A DNA stretch of 64,000 nucleotides from Octopus bimaculoides (taxonomy: Eukaryota): positions 95,693,916 to 95,757,915 of the forward strand of contig NC_068981.1 in NCBI RefSeq assembly GCF_001194135.2. The letters are read 5' to 3'. How positions within the stretch are numbered: position 1 is the first letter of the stretch; each line of letters opens with the position of its first letter. A model generated the notes under the pieces. The model did not search any database and had not been told where the DNA came from. It was given only the letters and a program-made list of their open reading frames with translations. The position numbers and the translations under genes are program-made. Shown piece after piece: positions 1 to 11,245 of this stretch.

Positions 1-166
1 CAAGGATCAAGAGGCTTGAACATTTGTCATCTGTGCTGTAGACCTTGTCGCTCAGCAGCCGGACTTCAAAGTCACTTGAGGGCTCACCAACGAAGTGATT
101 GTACTGCGTGATGATATGTGTGGATTGTTGATGGGATGGCTATCGTCTGTCAAGATGGAGCAGTCG

Positions 167-170
<4 letters not shown>
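1..170 (+). mobile_element. 3' end of an RTE-type non-LTR retrotransposon (C-terminal C2H2 finger plus 3' UTR)
   Basis: Frame 1 reads QGSRGLNICHLCCRPCRSAAGLQSHLRAHQRSDCTA* (stop 109-111), the CxxC...GLxSHxRxH finger typical of RTE-clade C-termini. A short UTR follows and runs into (AT)n. Confidence 0.65.
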
Positions 171-199
<29 letters not shown>

Positions 200-204
<5 letters not shown>

Positions 205-798
205 CAGTTATGTTGAAACAGGTGATACAGGAAAGTGCAGTATTGACAACAAAACATTTGTGGAGTAAATTTTAAAGCTTTGCATAAATGACAATTTGAG
301 TTTAGCAAACCAACTTGTAAGAAATTATCAGTTTTATAAGAATGGGATCGATCATATCTGAAAGCAGCTCCAGGTGTTGTGAAGAACGAATTTGTACGTG
401 GTCTGTTTCTGAGAGCTATTCTATTGGACCTCCGTGTAATCTGGTGTGCTAAACATTGTTTTAATGATACAGCATTAAGTGCTGCAGCATGCCTTTGCTG
501 ATCTTGGGAAAGTCTCATTTCCCTTCTGTCTTGAGATTCCATTTGATGTGCTGGTGCATGCCTTTGCTGATCTTGAGAAAGTCTCATGTCCCTTCTGTAT
601 TGGGACTCCATCACACATGCTGCAGCATGCCTTTGCTGATGCTGAGAAAGTCTCCTCTCCCTTCTCTCTTGAGACTGTATTTGACGTCCTGCAGCATGTG
701 TTTGGTGATCTTGAGAGACTCTCACTTTTGGTTTTCTGCACTCTTCCTTGCTTTATAGGTGTTTCTGCAGAGATTAGGTTTTTATTCTTTGGTGGCAT
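200..798 (-). mobile_element. Degenerate Helitron Rep/helicase 5' coding region with STPR repeats
   Basis: MPPK... start at 798, then a frameshift into 23-aa repeats (ESQDRREMRLSQDQQRHAAA...), then AAFRYDRSHSY...VGLLNSNCHLCKALKF...MFCC. The latter resembles the AAFxYD...IGxMxxxCxxCxALKF...CC N-terminus of animal Helitron proteins. Truncated at an (AT)n tract. Confidence 0.7.
481..725. repeat. 69-bp tandem repeat (about 3.5 units) encoding STPR-like 23-aa repeats on the - strand
   Basis: Units begin at 481, 550, 619 and 688 (gctgcagcatgcctttgctgatcttg...). Confidence 0.9.
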
Positions 799-1547
799 AT
801 TTTTTCAAATATTTTAAACAAAAAATTATGAACATAGAAAAACATATACATTAGTCTCTATTTTTGTAAACAGTTATATGTATGTAGTGTATCTATATTT
901 TTGTATGCAGTGTAAATTAACCAACTATAGGCCAATTGTAAATAAGTTGCAACCTTCCAACTGCTGTAATAATTATGAACTGTTAATTGAATGGTAGATT
1001 TGTATTTTTATATACCTTAGATGTGCCATGTAATTGTTTTTTGCCAAGAGTTTCACCTCCAGCTGTTCTTGTCACATATGTATATGTGTGTGTGTGTTTA
1101 ATAATGTAGGTAACAGGTGCGCAAACATACACACTCACAGGCACATACACATTCATATACAAAATGTAACGATACACACATATACACAGTCATATACATA
1201 TAGTAAGAGAGACACACACAGACATACATTCATGCATGTCAGTCATCACATGTATATGTATGTGTAGATGTGTGTGTATTTAATAACGTACCTAATGCGG
1301 AAACGCACACACAAAGAGACACACACTCATACACTTACAGACACATACACACTCATATATGTGACATCATTGTGGTATAAAATATCCTTTACTATCTTAT
1401 ATATATTGAACATGCAAACACACACGCAGACACATACACACTCATATAAAATGTATTGTTCTATAGTTGACTATAGAAAGATTATGTGTATGAAATGTTA
1501 TATTGTTTTAATTGAAATGAAAAAAATGATATGTTGACAGTTGTGGG

Positions 1548-2312
1548 GTCATCATCATCATCATCATCGTTTAACGTCCGCTTTCCATGCTAGCATGGGT
1601 TGGACGATTTGACTGAGGACTGGTGAAACCGGATGGCAACACCAGGCTCCAGTCTGATTTGGCAGAGTTTCTACAGCTGGATGCCCTTCCTAACGCCAAC
1701 CACTCAGAGAGTGTAGTGGGTGCTTTTACGTGTCACCCGCACGAAAACAGCCACGCTCGAAATGGTGTCTTTTATGTGCCACCCGCACAAGCCAGTCCAG
1801 GGGCACTGGCAACGATCTCGCTCGAAAATCCTACAGGAGCCAGTCAGGCGGTACTGGCAACGGCCACGCTCAAAATGGTGCATCTCATGTGCCACCCGCA
1901 CAAGAACCAGTCCAGGGGCACTGGCNNNNNNNNNNNNNNNNNNNNNNNNNNNNNNNNNNNNNNNNNNNNNNCGCTCGAAATGGTGTCTTTTATGTGCCAC
2001 CCGCACAAGCCAGTCCAGGGGCACTGGCAACGATCTTACTTGGCTTGCCGGGTCTTCTCACGCACAGCCCATTTCCAAAGGTCTCGGTCCGTAGTCATCG
2101 CCTCGGTGAGGCCCAATGTACGAAGGTCTTGCCTCACCACCTCAGCCCAGGTCTTCCTGGGCCTACCTCTTCCACGGGTTCCCTCAACTGTTAGGGTGTG
2201 GCACTTTTTCACGCAGCTATCCTCCTCCATTCTCACCACATGTCCATACCAGCGCAATCGTCTCTCTTGCACGCCACAACTGATGCTTCTAATGTTCAGC
2301 TTTTCTCTCAGT
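1548..2312 (-). mobile_element. RTE LINE 3' end: ORF remnant, long sub-repeated 3' UTR and (ATG)n tail
   Basis: LREKLNIRSISCGVQERRLRWYGHVVRMEEDSCVKKCHTLTVEGTRGRGRPRKTWAEVVRQDL (RLRWxGHVxR and RGRPRKTW motifs), stop at 2036. UTR has tandem sub-repeats and ends ...ggacgttaaacgatgatgatg. Includes an N gap. Confidence 0.85.
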
Positions 2313-2321
2313 AATACTATA

Positions 2322-3290
2322 TAGTAAGAGAGACACACACAAACATACATTTATGCATGTCAGTCGTCACATATGCATGTGTATGTGTAGATGTGTGTGT
2401 GTGTTCAATAATAATGAGAAACGAAAACATAAAGACGAAGACAGAAAACGAACTTTTTTTCGAACAACGAAAAAAACAGAGAAACAAGACATGCAGCATA
2501 AAGAATATAACCCTTCTTCAGTTGTCCCTGCTCCATCTACTTCGCATTTTGAAGGCAAGGACAATACGGGACTTCATTGAAACAGTCTTTCCCGCAAGCA
2601 AATTAAATAAAATTTGGAATTTTTTGCGGAGGGTGAAAGTGTAAACAAGAACAGGACAGTGAGAACAAGACAGTAAAAACAAGACACAATGGTGAAAACA
2701 AACAGTAAGGGCTGTTAGGCCAAGACGATAGAAAAATTATTATTTTGAACATGAAGTAAGATGTGAATGAGAGAGAAAAAAAAATTCACGTCTTTTCTAT
2801 AGGAAGGCAGGAAGTAGAAAAAAAGAATCCCTTTCCTCACGTGTCAGCGACGAGAGGGTCAAGGAGGAGGAGGGAGAGAGAGGGAATGGTGAAAGGAAGA
2901 GAAGAATAGGGGAGGGTTGGGAGAGAAAAACAGAAAGAATGAAGGAAAAGAGAGGGAGAGAGACAGACAAGGAAGTGATAGTAATAGTAGTAGGGTGTGA
3001 AGTAGTAATTAAAATAAAACTTACTTTGAGACAGTGCGTGGCGTTCGATCATATAATAACACAAATAATATATAAATATATGCATATATCTATACATATA
3101 TATACATACCTACATCTATATGTATACATACATTCATATATGGGTACAGGACATCACAAAAATCGTTAAACACAATGAGAAACGAAAACATAAAGACGAA
3201 GACAGAAAACGAACATTTTTTCGACCAATAAAAAAAACAGAGAAACGAATATTTTCCTTCTTCAGTTGTCCCTGTTTCATCTACTACACG
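2322..3290. repeat. Unclassified repeat with internal duplications
   Basis: 2417-2545 resembles 3175-3285 (atgagaaacgaaaacataaagacgaagacagaaaacgaac...cttcttcagttgtccctg). 2322-2415 resembles 1199-1290. Confidence 0.6.
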
Positions 3291-3351
<61 letters not shown>

Positions 3352-3369
3352 TACATACACATCAAACCT

Positions 3370-4007
3370 GAAATCGATGACTGGCACCGATGCCAACCTC
3401 TCCTTCATTGGACACTAAACTCTGCTTGCAAAGACCTGTTGGGGCAAGTGAAATCGTAATTAAACCATACTCGATGACTGGCACCTGCGCCAGTGGAGCA
3501 CTAACAGCACTGTCCGAGTGTGTTCATTGCCAGAGCAGCTGTCTGGCTTCTGTGCCAGTGGCCTATAAATAGCACCATTTGAGCGTAATTGTTACCAGCG
3601 TCACCTTCTAGCACTTGTGCTGATGGCACGTTAGAAAATCATTTGAGCGCGGTTATTGCTAGCGCCGCTGGACTGGCTCCCGTGCAGGTGGCATGTAAAA
3701 AACACACTGGCCGTTGCCAGTACCATGTGACTGGCTCTTGTGCCGGTGGCACGTAAAAGTACCCACCACACTCAGAGTGGTTGGCGTTAGGAAGGGCATC
3801 TAGCTGTAGAAACTCTGCCAGATCAGATTGAAGCCTGGTGCAGCTTTCTGGTTTGCCAGTCCTCAGTCAAATCGTCCAACCCATGCTAGCATGGAAAGCG
3901 GACGTTAAACGATGATGATGATGATGATGATATATATATATATAGATATATAAATATTTAGGCAGTGCTCCAGCATGGTCACAATGAAATGACTGAAACA
4001 TGTAAAA

Positions 4008-4048
<41 letters not shown>

Positions 4049-4195
4049 TAGATATATATATATACATATATACACATCAGATTGGAGCCTGGTGTAGCCA
4101 TCTAGTTTGTCAGTCCTCAGTCAAATCGTCCATCCCATGCTAGCATGGAAAGCAGACGTTAAACGATGATGATGAGGATGATGATGATGATGCTC
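3370..4195 (+). mobile_element. Two copies of the RTE-derived (ATG)n-tailed repeat (about 3370-3930 and 4078-4195)
   Basis: Same 3' UTR and terminus (ccatgctagcatggaaagcggacgttaaacgatgatg) as the 1548-2312 element, in the opposite orientation. Confidence 0.8.
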
Positions 4196-4997
4196 ATATA
4201 AACACTGGGCTTCTTTCAACTTCCATTTAATCAATTTAATAAAGCTTTGATTGGCTCAAGTTTTATAGTACAAGACATTTGCTCAAAGTGCCATGCAGTG
4301 GAACTGAATCTAAAAGCATCTGGTAGGGAACCAAACTTCTTACCACATACCCATAACTATAATAATAATTCTTTGTGAGAACAGCATGTAATAGTTAAAG
4401 TTTATGTAAAAAGGATAAGAAATAATAATTTGTTTTCATCATCATCATCATCAATTTAATATCCAGTTTTCTCATAGTGTCATGGTTTGGATAGATCTAC
4501 AATGATATATTTCTCAATGCATATTTCTTTTGAGTAATCTTAAGTCAGCTCCCTAATTTACAAAGACCCACACTAATTATTCCCAACTCATACATATTCT
4601 ATAGTTTTCTTTACTCAACAGGGGTCTCCTATTCATATCACTTGTCCAAAACAGTGCATTTATCCCTTTTGTGATTGGACAAACTATGTTCTCTGTATCT
4701 CTCAGTCATTTTAGCTGTGGCAGTGCAAATACATTATGCTTTGCTAATGAGGTTTAATAAGACTGAAACATGTCAGGAGCTGTTATCATACCCACAAAAA
4801 TCAAATTCCTCAGCATGCATGCCCATATTATACAGAATATTTATGGTGTGTGTGCACATGTGTGTGAGAGTGTGTCATTGCATCTTCAGTGCAAGGTATC
4901 CACCATACTAAAGAAAGTGACTCAGAATAAGAGATTTAGTAGTTATGGTGGTTATAGCTGCAGCCAAATTGATGATGATAAATGTTAAACTGATAGA

Positions 4998-5066
<69 letters not shown>

Positions 5067-5520
5067 GGTAACGTTTATCTCTGTGATTGTTGTTGTGCAG
5101 ATTACTGCTGGTTGCAGTAATGCTGTCTCCATCAAACCCATAACTTGCAATATTATATCTTTATAATATTTCTTTTTGTCATTTGTAGAGATATCACATT
5201 GTTGTTAAGTAAAAGAAAAAAAAATCTTACTTAACTATCTGTAGTATATCAATGATTTCAAGGTTGATACTACAGATATTCTTTGCTTTGAGTGATCTTT
5301 TTCACCTTTACTATTTACTACAGTGATTTTATAGTGATGAATTCCTTGTGGAATTACCACTAGTTTAACTCATATTTATTACAAATAAACCTCAAATTTC
5401 ATGACTGTTTCTGTCTTTCTCTATTTATTGATATATATTATATATTACTGCAAACATGAAATCTTCACATCGCTAAGACATCTCAAACCAATAGATTTTT
5501 CTAATGGCTAAACATGACAA

Positions 5521-5690
5521 GGTGGCAAGCTAACAATATCATTAGCACATCAAGTAAAATGCTTAGTGGTATTTCATCTGTCCTAATGTTCTGAGTTCAA
5601 ATTCCACTGAGGTTGATTTTTGCCTTTCATCCTTTTGAGGTCAATAAAATAAGTACCAGTTGAGCACTGGAGTTGTAACTGGCGTAACTA
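5521..5690 (+). mobile_element. tRNA-derived SINE family A (other copies at about 5920-6115 -, 18115-18310 +, 20679-20890 +, 31655-31860 -, 32100-32310 +, 32575-32790 +, 40065-40265 -, 44712-44920 +)
   Basis: Shared tRNA-like head (gagctggcagaatcgttagc...gttctgagttcaaattcc) and core gcctttcatcctttc...gataaaataagtaccagttgag repeated across the window. Confidence 0.8.
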
Positions 5691-6786
5691 TCCTGGGTAA
5701 GAGTATAAAAACTGCACCCTTCTTCTAAGATGTATATATAACATAAAAGCATAAAATTCACATATAATTCAGATTTTAATTATATTCAACATGTTTCATT
5801 AAGATAAACACAATGGAATGTATAATTACATGATTGTGATAATTGATTTAAATCAAATTAGTTTAAAAACAGTGTTTACACAAATTATCAGGAACATTTA
5901 TCCTTTTCTACTCTATGCACAAGGCCTGAAATTTTTGAGGAGAGGGCCAGTCGATTAGATCAACCCCAGTATGCAACTGGTACTTAATTTGTCTACCCCG
6001 AAGGGATGAAAGGCAAAGTTGACTTAGCAGAATTTGAACTCAGAACATAAAGACAGATGAAATATCACTAAGCATTTTGTCCGGTGTGCTAACATTTCTG
6101 CCAGCTTGCCACCTTAGGAACATTTATTAATCAGAAAATTGTTACTGGTTTAAATACTCTGTGACAAAGAGAAAAAAAACCAAGAAGAGGAAAAAAAAAA
6201 GGGGGGGGGGCAAGTCTTAATGTATTTAAACCAGTAACATTTTTCTGATTAACATACCATTCTTGATGATTTGGCTAAACACTGTTTTTAAATTAATTTG
6301 ACTTAATTTAAATATCACAATCATGTAATTATACATTTGGTGGTGTCTATCTTAATGAAACAGCTGCTGAATACAATCAAAATATGAACTATATGTAAAA
6401 TTTATGGTTTTCTGCTAAAATATGTTCCTCCTACATATCATTTTAGTTAATTATGTATATGCATGCAAGTTGGTTCTTCTTGGATTTACTATAATGTAAA
6501 AACTTGTTAGAGTTTAAGGATCTGCTATTCATTGAACTCTTAATGCAGATTTATTCTAACAGGATTATAATTCAATTTTCAGTATGGACATATATCATAG
6601 TGGTTGTTCTAATGTCCAACTTTTCATGCTTGTATGGGTCAGATGGAGTTTATTTAGGCAGATTTTCTATGGCTGGATGCCCTTTCTGTCACCAATCCTT
6701 ACCTGCTCCCAAGCAATGTAATATTTCCTTATGGCAAGAAATGTTTCAGAAGAATATTGGAAATGAACGAGATGTATGTATGTATA

Positions 6787-7957
6787 TTAGGGCTGGAAAG
6801 AAAGTCATGTTGCTTTTTTGACAAGATCACTTTGGAGGTACTTTTATATTGTAACATTTTTTTTGCAGATTTCTTTATACCATAGTTAAATTTGTATTGA
6901 TTTTACTCTTTTAAAATGAGTTTAGATTGGACCCATTTTAGGCAATGCATACTCTATGAATTCAAAAGGGGCTCTTCAGTGACAAGAATTATTTTTGTTT
7001 TATCTACAGAAATGAAACTAAGTGTTTGGACATGCCAATGATGATTTGGTCAGTTTCACTCGGGAAATTTTTATTCTTGTGTATTCTCCTCAATCTGGAT
7101 GATCAAATTGTCAATATCAAGCTTCTGAAAACAGTAACTGAGGAAAATCCAAAGCAAGCTGCATGAGAATTAGCAGAACAGTTCAATTCAAGTTGCACTT
7201 CAATCATAAAACATCTTCATGAACTATGAAAAATGTCTAAACTTGCTCAATGAGTTCCTTGTCACCTGAATACTTCTCACCTTAATCAGAGAGTTGACTT
7301 CTGCTTATCATTGAAGGGAAGACTTGCTGCTAAACCTTTTTCAGTTAGAATCCTCACAAGTAATGAAAAGTGGGTTCCCTAAAATCATATCCAACAAAGG
7401 TAACAATGCTTAGCATCCAGTGAAAAAGAAAAACTCATCCCAAAACCAGGACTAAATCTGAAAACAGTTATGGTCTGTGTTTAATGGTATACAAAGGGTG
7501 TTGTCTAGCATGAAGTGTTAAACTAAAATGAAACAATTAATGTGGAAAAGTATTGTCTTCATTTGAAAGTATTGCATAAGAATCTCTCTGCATTGGTCAG
7601 AAGTAAAGGGCTGTTCGTCATACATGATATTTGAAGGCCCAAGTCAATCAAGAAATGATTATGTCACTAAATATAGGAGCTTTGCCTCATATTCCTTACT
7701 CCCCTGTCATTACTTTTGCTGACTATCATCTTTACAGATTATTGCAACATTATTGAGAAGGAAAGCGTGAAAAGATTAAAAATGACATTGAATGTCTCTT
7801 TGCTTCGAAACTTGAAGAATTTTATACCTGAGGGATCAACAATTTGCCAAATAAATAAGATTAATTTATCAATAAAGAGGAGAATATCAATTAAGATCAA
7901 AGAAACATTAATTTCTTTCCTATCTTGAAATGTGACAAGACTTTCTTTCCAATGACA
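6787..7957 (+). mobile_element. Decayed near-full-length mariner (Tc1/mariner) transposon
   Basis: TA-flanked imperfect TIRs sharing tggaaagaaagtc(a/t)tg. Pseudo-ORF from 6916: MSLDWTHFRQCILYEFKRG...ENPKQAA*ELAEQF...*VPCHL...ILTSNEKWV...HDI*RP...PYSPVITFADYHL, with many stops. Confidence 0.85.
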
Positions 7958-7999
7958 TACAAAGTGCCTAGTTCACACCATAGAGTGGTTGGCATTAGG

Positions 8000-8153
8000 A
8001 AGGTCATACAGCCATAAAAATCAAACAAAAGTAAACACTGGCGCTTAGTGCAGTCCTTAGACATACTGGATCCTGTCAAACTGTTCCACTCATGCTAGCA
8101 TGAAACATGGACATAAAATGATGATGATAATGATATATACATACATCTCCCCA

Positions 8154-8192
<39 letters not shown>

Positions 8193-8680
8193 CATATATA
8201 TGCATATATATCATCATCATCATCATTTAACATCTGCTGTCCATGCTGGCATGGGTTGGATGGTTTGACCAGAAGAGCTGGTAAGCTGAGGGGCTGCACC
8301 AGACTGATTTGGCATGGTTTCTGTGGCTGGATGCCCTTCCTAATACCAACCACTCCGACAGTGTAATGGGTGCTTTTACATATCACTGACACGGGTGCCA
8401 GTTGCATGACACCAGTATCTACCACGACTACAATTTCACTTGGCTTGATGGGTCTTCTACTCAAGCACAGCATATTGCTGAAGATCTCAGTCATTTGTCA
8501 TTGCCCCCGTGAGGCCCAACACTCGAAAGGTGCTTTTTATGTGTCACCAACACAGGTGCTACTTATGTGACACTGGCATCAGCCACACTGCCTTTGTGAG
8601 GCCCAACACTCAAAAGGTACTTTTTTTCATGCCACCAGCATGGGTGCCAGTTGTGTGACACAGGCAATGGCTACGACTAT
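8000..8680. mobile_element. Tail-to-tail pair of RTE-derived (ATG)n repeats around a (CT)n/(AT)n tract
   Basis: A + copy ends ...catgctagcatgaaacatggacataaaatgatgatg at about 8110. A - copy starts tcatcatcatttaacatctgctgtccatgctggc at about 8215. Confidence 0.75.
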
Positions 8681-8893
8681 TATATATTTATTTACATAAA
8701 GATACATAATGTATTACAAGATGGAAAAACAGAACTCAATACATAATATGTATTTTCACTAGTTAAGAAGTTACTAAAGAAACCTAGAGTTTTGTGTCAA
8801 AACACTTTTCTGAGTTTGGAAAGTGTTTTGACATTATACTCTTGGTTGTTGAGTAATTCCTACAGCAATTGCAGCTAATGAAATATATATATA

Positions 8894-9734
8894 TGTGGTC
8901 TGATCAATAAGTATCTGAACTGTTGACATAGTAATGAAGCTAAAGCACACAGAGTGACGCTGCTTGGCACAGATTGACCTTGAGCTCTGCTGTGCATGCA
9001 CACTAAGTTTTAAAGTTCTAGCTCACTTCCGCTGTTTACAGCAGTGCTTAGAAGGAAGGTGTGTAGTGTGTGATCATCATATTGACCATGACAGAGAAAG
9101 CTGAGCAGAGAATCTGCATAAAATTTTGCCAAAAGCTTGGTGACACCTGCTCAAAGTCCTATGCAAAGTTTTCAAAAAGTTTTCATCATTCTCGACAGAA
9201 ACCTGAGTGTCTTTTCGGTCAGCTGAAAGCAGTTTTGGCACAAACGTGGCAGACACATGTCTTGTACCCAAATCTTCAGTGATAATGGACTGAATTGAAC
9301 TAATCTGCATATCCTCTGATAACTCACAGATGGTGATTTGACGATTTTTCCTCACAGCTGCATGCACATTCGCGAAGTTTTTCTCAGTTCTGCTGGTTGC
9401 GGGTCTCCCAGAATGTTTGTCAATATCGACATTTATTTGGCCATCTTGCAAATGTCTGAACCACTCGTACACTTGTGTGTGGCTCATACACTCCTCTCCA
9501 TACACTTTCTGCAACTTTGTGTAGGCTTTTTTTTGTCATGGTCAATGCGACAATCACACACTACACACCTTCCTTCCAAGCACTGCTGTAAACAACAGAA
9601 GTGAGCTAGAACAGTAAAACTTAATGTGCATGGACAGCAGAGTTCAAGGTTAATTTTTGCCAAGTGGCTTGACTCTGCATGCTTTATTTTTTGTTACTAT
9701 GGCAACAATCCGGATACTTATCGATCAGACCTCG
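8894..9734. mobile_element. Foldback mariner derivative built from two inverted left (5') ends
   Basis: TA at 8892-93 and 9735-36. About 200-bp inverted arms, each with TIR, 5' UTR and ATG. The + arm encodes MTEKAEQRICIKFCQKLG; the - arm encodes QKVYGEECMSHTQVYEWF...SGRP...FVPKLL...ENDENFLK. Confidence 0.8.
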
Positions 9735-10689
9735 TATATCATCATAATTTTAATTTTCACTTTTCCACACTTGCATGAGTTGAATGAGGTTTATTGAAAC
9801 AGAATTTTCTATGGCTGTGTGCCTTTCCTGTTTCCAGGCAAGGTAACATTTCCCAATGGCCAAGCATGTTTTAGAAGAATATTGGAAATGAATGACATTT
9901 ATTTACAACATTTAAAACAACACAATGTGAAAACAAAGCAACACAAGCATACACATTTATGCTTCAGTTTCTGTCTACCAAATCCATTCACAAGGCTTTG
10001 GTTGGCCCAAGACTAAAGTAGAAGTTATTTGCACAAGCTTCCATGCAGAGGAGCTGAACCTGAAGTCATGTGGTTGGGAAGCAAACTTCTTAACCACACA
10101 GCCACATTAGTACCTACATATATATCATCATTTAACATCCTCTTTTCATGCTGGCATAGGTTGGAGGTTTAACAGGAACTGGCAAGTCAGAAGACTGCGC
10201 CAAGCTCTACTGTCTGCTTTGGCATAGTTTCCACAGCTGGCTGCCCTTTCTAATGCTAACCACTTTATAGAGTGCACATACATGGTATTTTTACATGGCA
10301 TTAGGAGCAGTGAAGTAATTTTTACTTATAATATACATATTAGATAGTTTGGTTTGTAATTAAAATGTGCTGTTGTTGTTAATTTTTTGCTGAATGTTCA
10401 ATATTTCATTTAGTCCATCTTTAGTCATTCTGGGAAGGGAGTGATCGTATCAGATCATTTAGAATTTGCTGTTCTTTTTTATGTTATTGTTTAAGATGGC
10501 ATGTAAATTTAGGTGATGATGCTGTTTACCATACCATTTCCACTGTTACAAAACAACTTCTAACTTGATTTGCTGCTTTCCAGCAATAATATATTACCTG
10601 TCACCTGTGATGTGTTTTTTTCTTTTATTCTGTAATCATTAACTTTCATTTTGGTAGATGGAAAATTATAATAGGTAAATTGTCATTTG

Positions 10690-10739
<50 letters not shown>

Positions 10740-11245
10740 TTATATATATATAATATATAGCACACACACACACATACATGTTTACATACACATGTATTTT
10801 AGGCATCAGTAACAATTAACAACTCATCTTAATTGCAAACCAAAATACTAGAATGGAAGAAAGAAAATATATCTTCACCGGCCGCCAAACGAAATCATAC
10901 CATCTGTTGATTGACGAAAGTGAAAGTAAAGACATGAACTTAGGATTGCCCTACTTAACTTATGACACTAATGTTTTTGCATTGAGTCGCAATGACACTA
11001 AAGTTACTGCTCTCCAATAGTTGAGGCCTTATATCGAAAATACATTGAATAATTACTAGTTAAGTATAGATAAAACGAATCAGATATTAGATGCTGTTTA
11101 GTGGAACTAGAATTTGCGGCAAAAATATATGCATTCACATTTTAACGGACCCACGATCCACTCCATAGCCCAAACCAGACTTTTAGGCAAGTTGAGTATA
11201 TGAAAGAAAAGTGGGTCTTAATCAAAATTCCTCATTAAAACTTAC

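Noticed and set aside
481-725. CRISPR-like array (also considered for 40369-40546)
   Set aside because: These are contiguous tandem repeats without unique spacers, in a eukaryotic context with no cas genes.
479-817. Antisense ORFs over the 69-bp repeat
   Set aside because: Stop-free frames are expected in a short tandem repeat; only the - strand STPR frame resembles a known protein.
2490-2545. Hammerhead ribozyme core (CUGAAGA on the - strand; also at 3255-3270)
   Set aside because: I could not place GAAA after a closed stem II, nor a convincing stem I/III.
5236-5380. Candidate ASPHD exon 2 (- strand, VVIPQGIHHYK...)
   Set aside because: It would turn the split Gly into Val and lacks the FDDSFxH and DLWHP motifs.
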